From NCBI GenBank assembly GCA_964636085.1, contig CAZWPQ010000024.1, forward strand, positions 1-34,105: 34,105 nt of DNA. The letters run 5' to 3'. Positions 16,963-27,106 of this stretch are shown in pieces. The DNA is from an uncultured Nitrososphaerota archaeon (GTDB taxonomy: Archaea > Asgardarchaeota > Njordarchaeia > Njordarchaeales > Panguiarchaeaceae). The position numbers and the translations under genes were made by a program. How positions within the stretch are numbered: the stretch's first letter is position 1; the number at the start of each line of letters is the position of its first letter. A model generated the notes under the pieces. The model saw only the letters and a program-made list of their open reading frames with translations, did not search any database and was not told where the DNA came from.

Positions 16963-17490
16963 CTACCATGGCTTATCCTTAAGACCTGCAAGGTAGGCTG
17001 CTACGTTAGATAGGGGATGAATTATTAGCGTTAGTATAATCACAATCGTTATTTCGGTCGATGTTATCCACGGATATCGTGGCCAAGCCAACAATAGAGC
17101 AAAAATTATAAAACCTATTTGGTCCAATATCGGGGCGGGGGAACCAGGCTTCATGTTCAATCTCCTTTTTATGAATGACCCCAGGAGATCCCCTATGTGT
17201 GTTCCAATACTAAGTAGTAGAGCCCATAAAATTGCTTCCCCTATACTACACTGGAAATCAACACGCGATATGAAAGGAAATATTATAAGCCCAGTTAACG
17301 TTCCAAATAGAATCCCACCAATAAGACCTCTAATAGTCTTATGATCCCCAAATATCCTCCTGCCATCGATGAAGTTCTTTCCCATATCGATAGGCGGTCC
17401 TCCTCCTACAATTACAGGGGAAGAATTAGCAATATAGGCGGGAGCCACGTATATGATCCCACGTATTATCTGCATATACAGAGCCGTCAT
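16963..17490 (-). CDS. carS: CDP-archaeol synthase
   Basis: PAYIANS, PIDMGKNFIDGRRIFGDHKT, GDLLGSFIKRR, LDQ, LKDKPW. Confidence 0.95.
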   Translation of the reverse strand: MTALYMQIIRGIIYVAPAYIANSSPVIVGGGPPIDMGKNFIDGRRIFGDHKTIRGLIGGILFGTLTGLIIFPFISRVDFQCSIGEAILWALLLSIGTHIGDLLGSFIKRRLNMKPGSPAPILDQIGFIIFALLLAWPRYPWITSTEITIVIILTLIIHPLSNVAAYLAGLKDKPW

Positions 17491-17494
17491 TTTT

Positions 17495-17878
17495 CTACCT
17501 CCGCTTCTTTATTTTCTTCAGAACCTTTTTGACTGAGGATTCTGCCTTTTTCGCCTCAGTTCTCACCCGTATCTGTTTCTCTCTTAATTGCTTTATCCTA
17601 TATGCCAACAGTTTAAGGAACTTCCTCTTAGAAATCTTTGTCATTTTGGGTACCCTTATCCTGCCCTTCCTCTCTATCCAGTTCCCAGGATGACATTTAT
17701 CACTCTCTATAACATACGGTATCTTCAGGGATTTGCAAGCATCAGCTATTTCTTCTAACGATGGATCATCCACCGCATAGTCTAGTGATATCTTTCTCCC
17801 CAATCTCCGCGAAAATCTATAATCAATGTGCTCTGGGTATATTGTCCAATACTTATTTCTTTCCTCTACATAACTCAT
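17495..17878 (-). CDS. srp19: Signal recognition particle protein SRP19
   Basis: IYPEHID...SRRLGRKI...AVDDPSLEEI...KCHP..W..GRIRV. Confidence 0.92.
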   Translation of the reverse strand: MSYVEERNKYWTIYPEHIDYRFSRRLGRKISLDYAVDDPSLEEIADACKSLKIPYVIESDKCHPGNWIERKGRIRVPKMTKISKRKFLKLLAYRIKQLREKQIRVRTEAKKAESSVKKVLKKIKKRR

Positions 17879-17891
17879 TCTTAATCACTTT

Positions 17892-19751
17892 TCACCCAGT
17901 CTCGGTACGCATTAGCTCCAAAAAGAATGCATGCGCGGCCACCAAGTCGTCGTTTTCATCAAAACCCTTTACAAGTTCATTATAGATGATTAATTGTACG
18001 TTTAACTCATCAAGCAGAGACCTATACTCGGTAACACTTTTGACTTTTCCAAAATATATTAATGAGCGAATTAACTTAGATGCTGTTTGCGCAAAATCTA
18101 GAGGTATTCCATACTCCTCACTCTTCCTCTTTATTATCTCAGGAGATATAGGTGGTGCACATACCAATATTAACTTGTTTTCTTCACTCAAGACACCAAG
18201 ATTCTCATGACAAATATTGCCAATAAGCATGTTGAGATACCTAACGTTAAATGCTTCAAATAATGGTCTGGGAGTTATTGGCATCTTTATCTTCGGTTCT
18301 TTTCCCTCGATATCTATTAGATCTGTCTCTATTACATAGATATAGTGGGATACTATCTCTGGGAATAACAATGGTATCCCATTCTGAAGACAATATGAGA
18401 AAAGATAGGATGGCCTCAATGCATTACTCTCCGTTATTTTCTTAGAAGTCTTGAGTCCAGCACGCATAATAAGAATTCTTAGTGTCCAATACACATCATC
18501 TAAATTTTTCTTACTTTGAATAAGTTTTAAGGACCTCGCGACATATCTTTGAACCTCAGGATCTAAATCCTTTTTTCTAGCAAGAAATCTGAAGACTTTA
18601 TCAACCAACGATATATGAGGCAAAGGCTCTGCATTCTTATCCTGTTGAAGACATATTAAAACCCTACCGACCAAAGGAAGGAATGTCTGAGATACTATAA
18701 GGTAGAATCTATTTTCCACCTGAATAATCTTTCCAATCACACTCTCAGGTAATGAATTAACAGAGGGGCATCTGATAAGCTTCTTACTGTCTTCAATTAA
18801 GCTTGATTTTTCCGCCTTAAATCCGCCCGCAGCACTCGCAACCTTTGATGCTGAAATAAATCCCACAACCCTATACTTAGGCATAAGTTTCTCCAACGTC
18901 TCTTTACTTAGGGAATTAATTAGTCCTTCCTCCCTCAAAAAGCCTTTTATTTGCGTAGGTCTAAGACTATAATAACCCATCCTAGACTGCATCCTTCTAA
19001 TTAGCTTTTCCCTAAAATCCATCAAGTCTGAGGCCATAAAATCAAATCCTATTTCTCTATACAGGGACTCCAAAGTATCCGTGCTGATTTCCTCTTCTCT
19101 CGAAACTTCGAGATATATCTCTCCTTTTGGATCTATGTATATTTCAGACACTACATATTCCTCATTATCTGGCTCTAGGAATATTGGCTTCCCTAGGTTT
19201 CTCTTGTATTTGAGAATACGGGTTGGATCTATTGACACAAATTGTGCGAGTCTATTCAGATAATCTATTGTTCCATTTATCACTGAAAGCTTCTCTTCTA
19301 GAAACCTTTTGACTTCCTCCGATGCTGTTGATTTTATTCTGAGAATAATTTCACGACTTCTATTTAGACCATCCAACATCTTTGGTATTCTTTCCTTTAT
19401 CACTGATATATTGTCCCAAAAATCCTTCAAGTTTATTTTTCCATGATACATCATTCGCAGTAATTCCCTCAATTTTTCTATATGCCTCTGGACGTCATCA
19501 ACAAATTTAATAAACGGAGGTTCTATACGCTCTATTTTCTTCTGAAGCTCAACCTTTTTCCCATGAAGTTCCCCCATTTTTTGTACAATTACGCTCATAT
19601 AGGGCTGCAACTGTCGAAGCGTATTATAGTCCAACTCTGATTGAGATTTCTCCACCAGCTTAGAGACCATAGAGAGTTCATAATTTATTTCCATTAACTC
19701 CTTAGCCAACTTTAGGTATTCCGCTACGTTTGTCTCCCCCAATCTAACCAC
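17892..19751 (-). CDS. Hypothetical 619-aa protein: N-terminal coiled coil plus repeated beta/alpha modules
   Basis: Long ORF in operon-like context between valS and srp19; no enzyme motif recognised. Confidence 0.8.
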   Translation of the reverse strand: MVRLGETNVAEYLKLAKELMEINYELSMVSKLVEKSQSELDYNTLRQLQPYMSVIVQKMGELHGKKVELQKKIERIEPPFIKFVDDVQRHIEKLRELLRMMYHGKINLKDFWDNISVIKERIPKMLDGLNRSREIILRIKSTASEEVKRFLEEKLSVINGTIDYLNRLAQFVSIDPTRILKYKRNLGKPIFLEPDNEEYVVSEIYIDPKGEIYLEVSREEEISTDTLESLYREIGFDFMASDLMDFREKLIRRMQSRMGYYSLRPTQIKGFLREEGLINSLSKETLEKLMPKYRVVGFISASKVASAAGGFKAEKSSLIEDSKKLIRCPSVNSLPESVIGKIIQVENRFYLIVSQTFLPLVGRVLICLQQDKNAEPLPHISLVDKVFRFLARKKDLDPEVQRYVARSLKLIQSKKNLDDVYWTLRILIMRAGLKTSKKITESNALRPSYLFSYCLQNGIPLLFPEIVSHYIYVIETDLIDIEGKEPKIKMPITPRPLFEAFNVRYLNMLIGNICHENLGVLSEENKLILVCAPPISPEIIKRKSEEYGIPLDFAQTASKLIRSLIYFGKVKSVTEYRSLLDELNVQLIIYNELVKGFDENDDLVAAHAFFLELMRTETG

Positions 19752-19809
19752 CTAACTTTAATGAATGTACTCCACTAATCAATGTTGTACAATCACAGTA
19801 TACAATTCC

Positions 19810-22218
19810 CTATAATTTTACTTTTATTGATTCAATTTTTTCCTCAAAATCGCCTCCTACCTCAACAAAGACTACTTCACTAGCTCCATGAGCAGCTTTG
19901 AAATCCACCAAGAAAGATTCTAATTCGCGTGGTAGAACTATTCTTTTGACTTTGGCATTCAAAGGTAAACCATTATCCTTTTTGATTTTCCATATTTTCG
20001 CATTTGCTGCTTTTATCAAGTCAGTGATATCTAGAAGAGCCTTATCATACTCTTCGATCTCAGGGAATTTCTCTAAATGTATCGTTTTCCCATAAAGCGC
20101 TCTATAGATATAATCAGTTATAAATGGTGTTACTGGGGCCAGCATTTTTAGCACCATCTTAAGCACATGGTGCAATGTCCACCAAGCTGCCTTTTGCTCC
20201 GCATCCGTGCCAACATTCCCGTACGCTCTGGCTTTGACAAGTTCTATATAGTGGTCAGCGAATGTATACCAAGAGAAATTCCTCACATAATTCACCGCAA
20301 AGAAATCAAAGTCTTCGTATAGCTCAAGGACCTCTTGAAGTGTCTTATTTGCCTCTGCTATTATCCACCTATCAGTAGCTAGTAGAGATATTTCCTCCTT
20401 GTTTGGCTCGGGGAATGAGGATACAAACCTTGCTATGCTATATAGCTTCTGTATGTATCTTGATGCCGCAGCAATTCTTTCCTCAGACGCCATTATATCC
20501 GCGCCCAACCTTGTTTCAGCGGCGCCTGCAAATCTTAATGCATCGGCCCCATATTTATTTATTAGAGGCTCTGGGTAGATTACATTTCCTAGACTCTTAG
20601 ACATTTTCCTACCCTTCTCATCCATAACTAGCCCGCTTATCCACACATGCTTAAATGCTGGCTTACCAGTAAGTTGATATACTCTAAGCAATGTATAGAA
20701 GAGCCATGTACGTACTATCTCTTTTCCTTGAGGCCTCAAGCCCACTATAAATGCATTTTTAAATAGCTCCTCATCCCTCATATAACCACTTATATACAAG
20801 GCTGAAATGCTCGAGTCCATCCATGTATCAAATGTCCTCGTTTCAGGTATAAGATTTTTAGAGCCACATGTAGGACATTTCTCGAGTGGAGGCATATCGC
20901 GCCAAGGAACATAATATTTACCCTCTTTTGGGAGAATTACATGACCATTTTCGCAATACCAGAGTGGTATCTCTGTACCGTAATATCTTCTGCGAGAAAT
21001 CGGCCAGTCTCTCTTTATCGATTCAATCCAATTCAATAGCAATTGCTTGTTTTCTTTTGGATGAAAAATTATTTCATCAACGATTTTTTTAAGATCCTCT
21101 AGAAAAGGAATTTGCTTAAGGTAAAATTCCTTCATTGGTATGAATTCTATTGGAGTTTTACATCTCCAACATATCGGAACCCTATGTTTTATAACCTCAA
21201 TTTTTTCGACCAATCCAGCCCTCTTTAGATCATCTATTATACGCCTTCGTGCCTCGCTTACTGGTAGCCCAGCATATTTTCCCGCAGCGTCCGTCATCAG
21301 ACCTTCCTCATTAATAATTATTCTAGGCTCCAATTGCAACTCTCTAAATAGCCTAACATCCACCTGATCACCATAAGAACACAGCATCATTGCGCCTGTT
21401 CCAAACTCCATCCTTGCCTCCTTGTGGAGGATTATTGGAACCTTATGATTATATATTGGGACTATAACATTTTTGTTGTGGATATGTGTATATCTGTCAT
21501 CTTCTGGATTTACTAGTATGGCCTTGCATGCACCCAAAAGCTCGGGCCTAGTTGTCGCTATAATAATGGTCTCGTTTGTTTCTGCAACCTTAAATTTTAT
21601 ATAAACAAAGGGTGTGTCTTCTTCCCTATACTCAACCTCTGCATCGGCTATTGTCGTCCTACAGCGAGGGCACCAGTTGTTGGGCCTGTAGTCTTCGTAA
21701 ACCAACCCCATGCGATATACTTTAAGAAATGTAGCCTGCGTCAATGCTCGATATGATGGAGAGTCTGTTCTATAAACCTCGTTAGGTTTCAATGAATTAT
21801 TGCTAAATCCTAGTCTTCTACACAGGCTAAGTATGTCCTTCTCATACTCATCAAGAAGCTTTTTGCATAGCTCTATAAATTTGTCCCGGGGGTACTCATA
21901 CATTTTTATGTTGTACTTCTTCTCTACTTGAACCTCAATAGGCAACCCATTCCTATCTATCCCCATAGGGAACAATACTTCATACCCCTTCATACGTAGG
22001 TACCGTGCAATCGAGTCGATTGCAGAGTAATGATATGCAAAGCCTATATGAGGTTTTCCAGAAGCGTAGGGAGGGGGCGTATCTATGGAGAATATAGGTT
22101 TATTGGATCTTCTATTAAAAGCATATATTCGTTCTTGCTCCCATGTTTCTACCAATTTTAACTCGTTGGATATGTCCCAGCGTTTTTCTTTTAGCTTCGG
22201 TTTGAATTTCACGATCAC
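19810..22218 (-). CDS. valS: Valine--tRNA ligase (archaeal type)
   Basis: DTPPPYASGKPHIGF, ATTRPELL, DWPISRRRYYG, FDTWMDSS, KMSKS. Confidence 0.96.
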   Translation of the reverse strand: MIVKFKPKLKEKRWDISNELKLVETWEQERIYAFNRRSNKPIFSIDTPPPYASGKPHIGFAYHYSAIDSIARYLRMKGYEVLFPMGIDRNGLPIEVQVEKKYNIKMYEYPRDKFIELCKKLLDEYEKDILSLCRRLGFSNNSLKPNEVYRTDSPSYRALTQATFLKVYRMGLVYEDYRPNNWCPRCRTTIADAEVEYREEDTPFVYIKFKVAETNETIIIATTRPELLGACKAILVNPEDDRYTHIHNKNVIVPIYNHKVPIILHKEARMEFGTGAMMLCSYGDQVDVRLFRELQLEPRIIINEEGLMTDAAGKYAGLPVSEARRRIIDDLKRAGLVEKIEVIKHRVPICWRCKTPIEFIPMKEFYLKQIPFLEDLKKIVDEIIFHPKENKQLLLNWIESIKRDWPISRRRYYGTEIPLWYCENGHVILPKEGKYYVPWRDMPPLEKCPTCGSKNLIPETRTFDTWMDSSISALYISGYMRDEELFKNAFIVGLRPQGKEIVRTWLFYTLLRVYQLTGKPAFKHVWISGLVMDEKGRKMSKSLGNVIYPEPLINKYGADALRFAGAAETRLGADIMASEERIAAASRYIQKLYSIARFVSSFPEPNKEEISLLATDRWIIAEANKTLQEVLELYEDFDFFAVNYVRNFSWYTFADHYIELVKARAYGNVGTDAEQKAAWWTLHHVLKMVLKMLAPVTPFITDYIYRALYGKTIHLEKFPEIEEYDKALLDITDLIKAANAKIWKIKKDNGLPLNAKVKRIVLPRELESFLVDFKAAHGASEVVFVEVGGDFEEKIESIKVKL

Positions 22219-22340
22219 TCACCAAAATATTTTTCGGGAAATGACATAATAAAATTTGGAGATCAATTATCAAGAAAATATAGGGGAGAATAAACCCAAC
22301 AAAAAAGGGCTATTGAGTGAAAAGGAGAATTTATGGCTGA

Positions 22341-24290
22341 TCATACTGGACTTGTTTTCGTTAGGTAAAAGTCTCTTATGTACCCTATAATTCTCTCCCT
22401 ATTGTTTAGATAATCCTTAAGTTCCAGTAACAGAGCCTCGCTCCTAGATCTGAATATTTCGGCCTCTATTTTTCCGGCTATAAAGTCACTTGCGATAGAT
22501 ATCAATATTTGCTTAATCACATTTATTCTCTCCTCGAGTTTTTCTAGCTCCACCAAATAGTCATAAATTTCTGCGTATTCCTTTAGCTTTTTGATTACCG
22601 GAACTAACTTTTCATATTGCCTAACAATGTTAGTACTCTTGGTTCTATAATCATCAATGAAGCTTGCAGTGGGCCTCTTTATCACAAAATTATTGTATGC
22701 ATCCACCCATGTGCTCTTATCATACGCTATTAGTGTCTCATAGGCTCTTATGAATTGTTCCATTATCTTTATTCTTTCCCTCTCGGCAGGGGCTATAAAC
22801 CGTGGAATTAGTACTTTAAGAGCAAGACCTATCTCTGCTATTAATATGGAGATCATCGCGACATATACGGCCAGAAGAGCATAGGTCCTTACAATATACA
22901 AAGGCGAATACCTAAACATAAGAAGCATATAGCCATTTATGCTGGGGCATACATCATTAAGCACCATCGTTACACTTCTATAGGACACCAATAGAAACTT
23001 CTCTAGGCCACTTTCAGAAATAACTTGACTGTAATTCGTCTTAGCTATAAGCCTTATTGTGAGTGGTACATATGTTCTGACTTTTAGAGATACCATCAAC
23101 AGTGAAGTATTAACCACTGGTGCTTGAGGCATTGATATATTAAAGACATTATTTTTCCCTATGAATCTCTCATTGAGTTTTATGGTGTATTTGATTGTTA
23201 CATTTCTTACCTCCCCCGCGATTAATGGTCTTGAAAATAGTACCTTTATCGTCTTTATACTTGACTTTATGTCCTTATCAGTGGCATTGTCATATTTTAT
23301 TTTCCCGACGTTGTCCCTCACTTCATCTATCTTGGACACATTAGGGGCAAGACCAATCCTAAAAGAGTCTAACTTCCATTTGTTTTTATCGACATATTCG
23401 ATCGGCTTTTCTATTGAATACATCGACACCAAGACTGTATCTTCAACCTTTATCTCATATGATTGTGATATTTCTATTATTCTTCTAGCGTAGGTAATGG
23501 ATATCGGAGGCTTATTCGTTGACCAAACCACACTTATGTTTGACCCAAACTTGTAATGATTAAGCTGATCCTTTAGCCCTAGGGAGAAGTTCATTGGGGG
23601 GACATCTCTACATACGAACTTAACATCGGAACCCACAATACCATGCAATCCCTCTGGCTTCGCTTCTTTTTCCTCCAAGCTAGCATCCTCCGGCGTTATA
23701 GCCCTTATATATATCTCCTTCACCGAATATGGAAGAAATGGACAGGGCGTTATGTTTAAGAACAAACCAATCTTATCTCCGAATGGCTTCACCTTTACTA
23801 TACCCACAAACTCGAATAATATGATGACCCTGAATGTGTTTTTTTCGGACGAGTCATACTTTGTCAAATAGTTATAGAAGCCAACGGTTATACCAATATA
23901 GTCACTTGATACATAATGAATATAATACGCTAAGTATCTGGGTTTCTCGTTTTTATACCTACCCATCACCCTAATTGTTAAAGACTTCTCCCAAAAGTTC
24001 CTATCATAATAAATCTGTATCGCACTAAACGGCCTAGATTTTGTGTTGGATACATTTATTTCATCCCTAATTTTCGTGAATAAGTATTCTGACACATATA
24101 TTGTTCTGTTTATCCAAACCTCCGTCTGGTTCTCTGGCAGTATGTACGCGTTTCTATAATCTGCGGGGGCAGGCTTTTCAATAACCGACACGTCAATGTT
24201 GGGGGGCAGTATAATGAAGGGTGTAGCTACTGTGGCCACAAACACAAGTAGAGCTATTGTTGAGAGCAACGCTAGTTTAATTTTTTTCAT
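22341..24290 (-). CDS. Ribophorin I (OST1)-like membrane protein
   Basis: Signal or anchor helix; two beta-rich domains (ARRIIEISQSYEIKVED; VRDNVGKI; RPLIAGE..TIKY); one TM helix; helical cytosolic tail. Confidence 0.7.
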   Translation of the reverse strand: MKKIKLALLSTIALLVFVATVATPFIILPPNIDVSVIEKPAPADYRNAYILPENQTEVWINRTIYVSEYLFTKIRDEINVSNTKSRPFSAIQIYYDRNFWEKSLTIRVMGRYKNEKPRYLAYYIHYVSSDYIGITVGFYNYLTKYDSSEKNTFRVIILFEFVGIVKVKPFGDKIGLFLNITPCPFLPYSVKEIYIRAITPEDASLEEKEAKPEGLHGIVGSDVKFVCRDVPPMNFSLGLKDQLNHYKFGSNISVVWSTNKPPISITYARRIIEISQSYEIKVEDTVLVSMYSIEKPIEYVDKNKWKLDSFRIGLAPNVSKIDEVRDNVGKIKYDNATDKDIKSSIKTIKVLFSRPLIAGEVRNVTIKYTIKLNERFIGKNNVFNISMPQAPVVNTSLLMVSLKVRTYVPLTIRLIAKTNYSQVISESGLEKFLLVSYRSVTMVLNDVCPSINGYMLLMFRYSPLYIVRTYALLAVYVAMISILIAEIGLALKVLIPRFIAPAERERIKIMEQFIRAYETLIAYDKSTWVDAYNNFVIKRPTASFIDDYRTKSTNIVRQYEKLVPVIKKLKEYAEIYDYLVELEKLEERINVIKQILISIASDFIAGKIEAEIFRSRSEALLLELKDYLNNRERIIGYIRDFYLTKTSPV

Positions 24291-24449
24291 AGCCCACACC
24301 ACTTTGCTCGTAGTTAGTCTTATCGATAAGACACCTAACTTATATTTTTTATTGAGTTAAAAATAGAATACACTAGTGCTAAGAAAATGTGGACTACCAA
24401 TCCTCCTCCTTATTATATAAAGTTGATTATGAGCAACATGTGATGTTAT

Positions 24450-25616
24450 ATGGTAACAAATGTACCTTCAAGATGCATACCTTACTGGAATAAATATGAG
24501 GAGGCCAAAACTACTAAAGAAAAAATAAAAGCGCTGGAGGAGTTAATAGCATGCATACCTAAGCATAAGGGCACAGAGAAACTACTTAAAGATTTCAAAA
24601 TGAAACTAGCTAAACTTAGAGCAGAATTAAGTAGGGAAATAGAGAGCAAACCGAGGCCCCGTGTTCTTTTCTCTGTATCTAAAAAAGGTGACGCCCAAAT
24701 TGTTCTCTTAGGAACACCCAGCACAGGAAAAACATCATTAACCAATTATCTCTGCAATGCATCATATGATATAGGTAAGACAACCCTTCGCCCTCAAGAG
24801 GGTATATTCAAATGGGAAGGGTGCGAATTTCAAATCGTAGATATGCCACCCATATTAAGTCCAGACATAGACAAAACCCCAAACGGTCGAGCAATTATGG
24901 GTATCGCCTACAATTCTGACCTAGTTTGCCTCGTTTTAGACCCTACACAAGACATCTCATGGCAAATAGAAACTTTAATATCGGCACTAGAAGAATCCAA
25001 TATCATTCTAAGACAGCCACCACCCATAAAGATAAAAAGATTGTCTAGAGGCGGCATATCAATTATTGGGGCCGATTACTCGCCATTTGATATTAAGGAA
25101 CTGAAAGAAATACTGAGAAACTATCGCATTACTAATTGCATCATAGAGTTCTTAGGCCCATCTACTGACTACGACCTCTACCTAGCCCTTAATCCTAGGA
25201 TTACATATAAAAACGCAATAGTAGTAGTGACAAAAGCAGATATTGTAGATTTTAGAGATAATGTTGGGACTACCTATAAACTGCTAAAATCCCACAATTT
25301 ATCCAATATACCAGTCGTACCTTTTAGTATTAAATGCCCACAATGTGGGCAATATATAGGGCGTTCGATATTTCAACAGCTTGACCTTATCAGAGTATGG
25401 ACCAAGAAAGATGGCATTATCAGCAGGGATAGGGCGATCGTCTTGAGAAAACCTGCAACAGTTAGAGATGTCTGTCTCAAGATTCATAGCCAATTCATAC
25501 GCAAATTTAGATACGCCGTAATAGAGAGAGAAGGAGAGAAGATAAGAAGAAAAAACGTCGGACTTGATTATGAACTTAGGGATGGCGACGTTATCTCGAT
25601 TTACATTCGTGATTGA
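24450..25616 (+). CDS. DRG-family (Obg) GTPase with TGS domain, divergent
   Basis: PKHKGTEKL...KLAKLR, GTPSTGKT, TKAD, LIRVWTK, IHSQF..FRYA, L.DGDVI. Confidence 0.88.
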   Translation: MVTNVPSRCIPYWNKYEEAKTTKEKIKALEELIACIPKHKGTEKLLKDFKMKLAKLRAELSREIESKPRPRVLFSVSKKGDAQIVLLGTPSTGKTSLTNYLCNASYDIGKTTLRPQEGIFKWEGCEFQIVDMPPILSPDIDKTPNGRAIMGIAYNSDLVCLVLDPTQDISWQIETLISALEESNIILRQPPPIKIKRLSRGGISIIGADYSPFDIKELKEILRNYRITNCIIEFLGPSTDYDLYLALNPRITYKNAIVVVTKADIVDFRDNVGTTYKLLKSHNLSNIPVVPFSIKCPQCGQYIGRSIFQQLDLIRVWTKKDGIISRDRAIVLRKPATVRDVCLKIHSQFIRKFRYAVIEREGEKIRRKNVGLDYELRDGDVISIYIRD

Positions 25617-26312
25617 ATGCTCGATATAATCAACTATAAGGAGCCATTTATCAGATCTATACTAGAGGTAAGTAAGCGCTTAGGTTTTGTTGGGTTAATA
25701 ATTTCAAGCGATAGGCCCGATGACTTTGAGAAAATACTTGAGCTAGGAAAACAATTTCTGATCCCAACTTTCCCCCTTCTCTTAACTAATAAAATAGGCT
25801 CCATACCTACTGATAACAAATGGATAGTTGGATATGAGGCATCCAACGAAGCAGAGTTTAGGAGGGCTGTGAGAACCCCAGATATATCACTCGTAAGCGT
25901 CGATATTGGAATAATATCTAAATGCCTAACCAAACAAACATTAAACATAGTATCGCAATACCATAAATTTATCGAAATATCACTCAAGACACTTCTTTTT
26001 TCCTCTCCAAGAGATAGACTAAAGATGCTTTGGATCCTTAAAAGAATGGCAAAAATCCTCGCTAAACCAAAGATTCGTTTGATATTCAGCTCTAGAGCAT
26101 CCACTATATATGAAACCATAAGCATTAGGCAGATAAGAGCAATTCTGACAGAGATAGGATTTAAGGATTATGTTATAAAGAGAATCTTAAAAATTAACCC
26201 CATAGAACTCGCGGTTTCACCATATGAAATACAGGTTATCGGGAATACGCAAATACTTGCAAACATACTAACCTTAATTAAGCAGTATAGAAGAGCACAT
26301 AGAAAAAGGTAG
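25617..26312 (+). CDS. rnp3: RNase P protein component 3 (Rpp30)
   Basis: PHP/TIM-barrel pattern (LGF, FRRAV, IEISL, IFSSRASTIYE, NP). Confidence 0.75.
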   Translation: MLDIINYKEPFIRSILEVSKRLGFVGLIISSDRPDDFEKILELGKQFLIPTFPLLLTNKIGSIPTDNKWIVGYEASNEAEFRRAVRTPDISLVSVDIGIISKCLTKQTLNIVSQYHKFIEISLKTLLFSSPRDRLKMLWILKRMAKILAKPKIRLIFSSRASTIYETISIRQIRAILTEIGFKDYVIKRILKINPIELAVSPYEIQVIGNTQILANILTLIKQYRRAHRKR

Positions 26313-26316
26313 TTTA

Positions 26317-27042
26317 TCAGTCACGTTTTCCCGTTCTTCTTGGGGCAATTATACCTACTTTCTTTCCTGGTGGGGCTGTACGCGGAACAGGTCTTCTTCT
26401 TCGACCGCCACCATGGGGGTGATCCACAGGATTCATCGCCGTTCCTCTTGTTCTTGGCCACTTTCTAGGTTTTTTCCGCCACTTATGATATGCATTCCCA
26501 GCCTTAACTAGGGGTAATTCTTCTCTTCCTCCTCCCGCAATTATACCAATTTGACAACGATTCCTAGAGTCTACTCTTATTACACGTTTGGATGGTAAGA
26601 CTATCTCTGTTACCCCATGCTTATGGTCATGAGATCTTATCACAGCATATGCTCCCGAGGATCTAGCTATCTTTCCACCATCACCGAATGTTTTTTCAAT
26701 ATTGGATACATAGAATCCCTCAGGTACTCTGCCTATGGGGACAACATTCCCTAGTTCAACCTCAGCCTCCATGCCCATCTCTAATCTCTTGCCAACATAA
26801 ATACCTTCGACAGAAGGAAGATATATTCTGTGTACCCTTCCATTTCGCCATATCTTTACCACGGCAAGCGGCACGTATCTACCAGGCTCATGAATAATAT
26901 CCTCAATAACGCCAACTATCTTTCCCTCCTTCATTGTTTCGGGCCAGTCCGGGATCTTAGCTGGAGCTATCTTAATATTCGGTGGCGCTCTGTATGGCCC
27001 TGTACCTCTGCCGTATCTTTGTGCCCTTAGTTTCTTACCCAA
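26317..27042 (-). CDS. rpl2: 50S ribosomal protein uL2
   Basis: MGKKLRAQRYGRG, IIHEPGR, WPRTRGTAMNPVDHPHGGG. Confidence 0.97.
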   Translation of the reverse strand: MGKKLRAQRYGRGTGPYRAPPNIKIAPAKIPDWPETMKEGKIVGVIEDIIHEPGRYVPLAVVKIWRNGRVHRIYLPSVEGIYVGKRLEMGMEAEVELGNVVPIGRVPEGFYVSNIEKTFGDGGKIARSSGAYAVIRSHDHKHGVTEIVLPSKRVIRVDSRNRCQIGIIAGGGREELPLVKAGNAYHKWRKKPRKWPRTRGTAMNPVDHPHGGGRRRRPVPRTAPPGKKVGIIAPRRTGKRD

Positions 27043-27106
27043 TTTGGATCCCCTAAATAACTAAGTGTTAGATTGAAAAAATGCTATTATAAGAGTAAAC
27101 ATTTTT

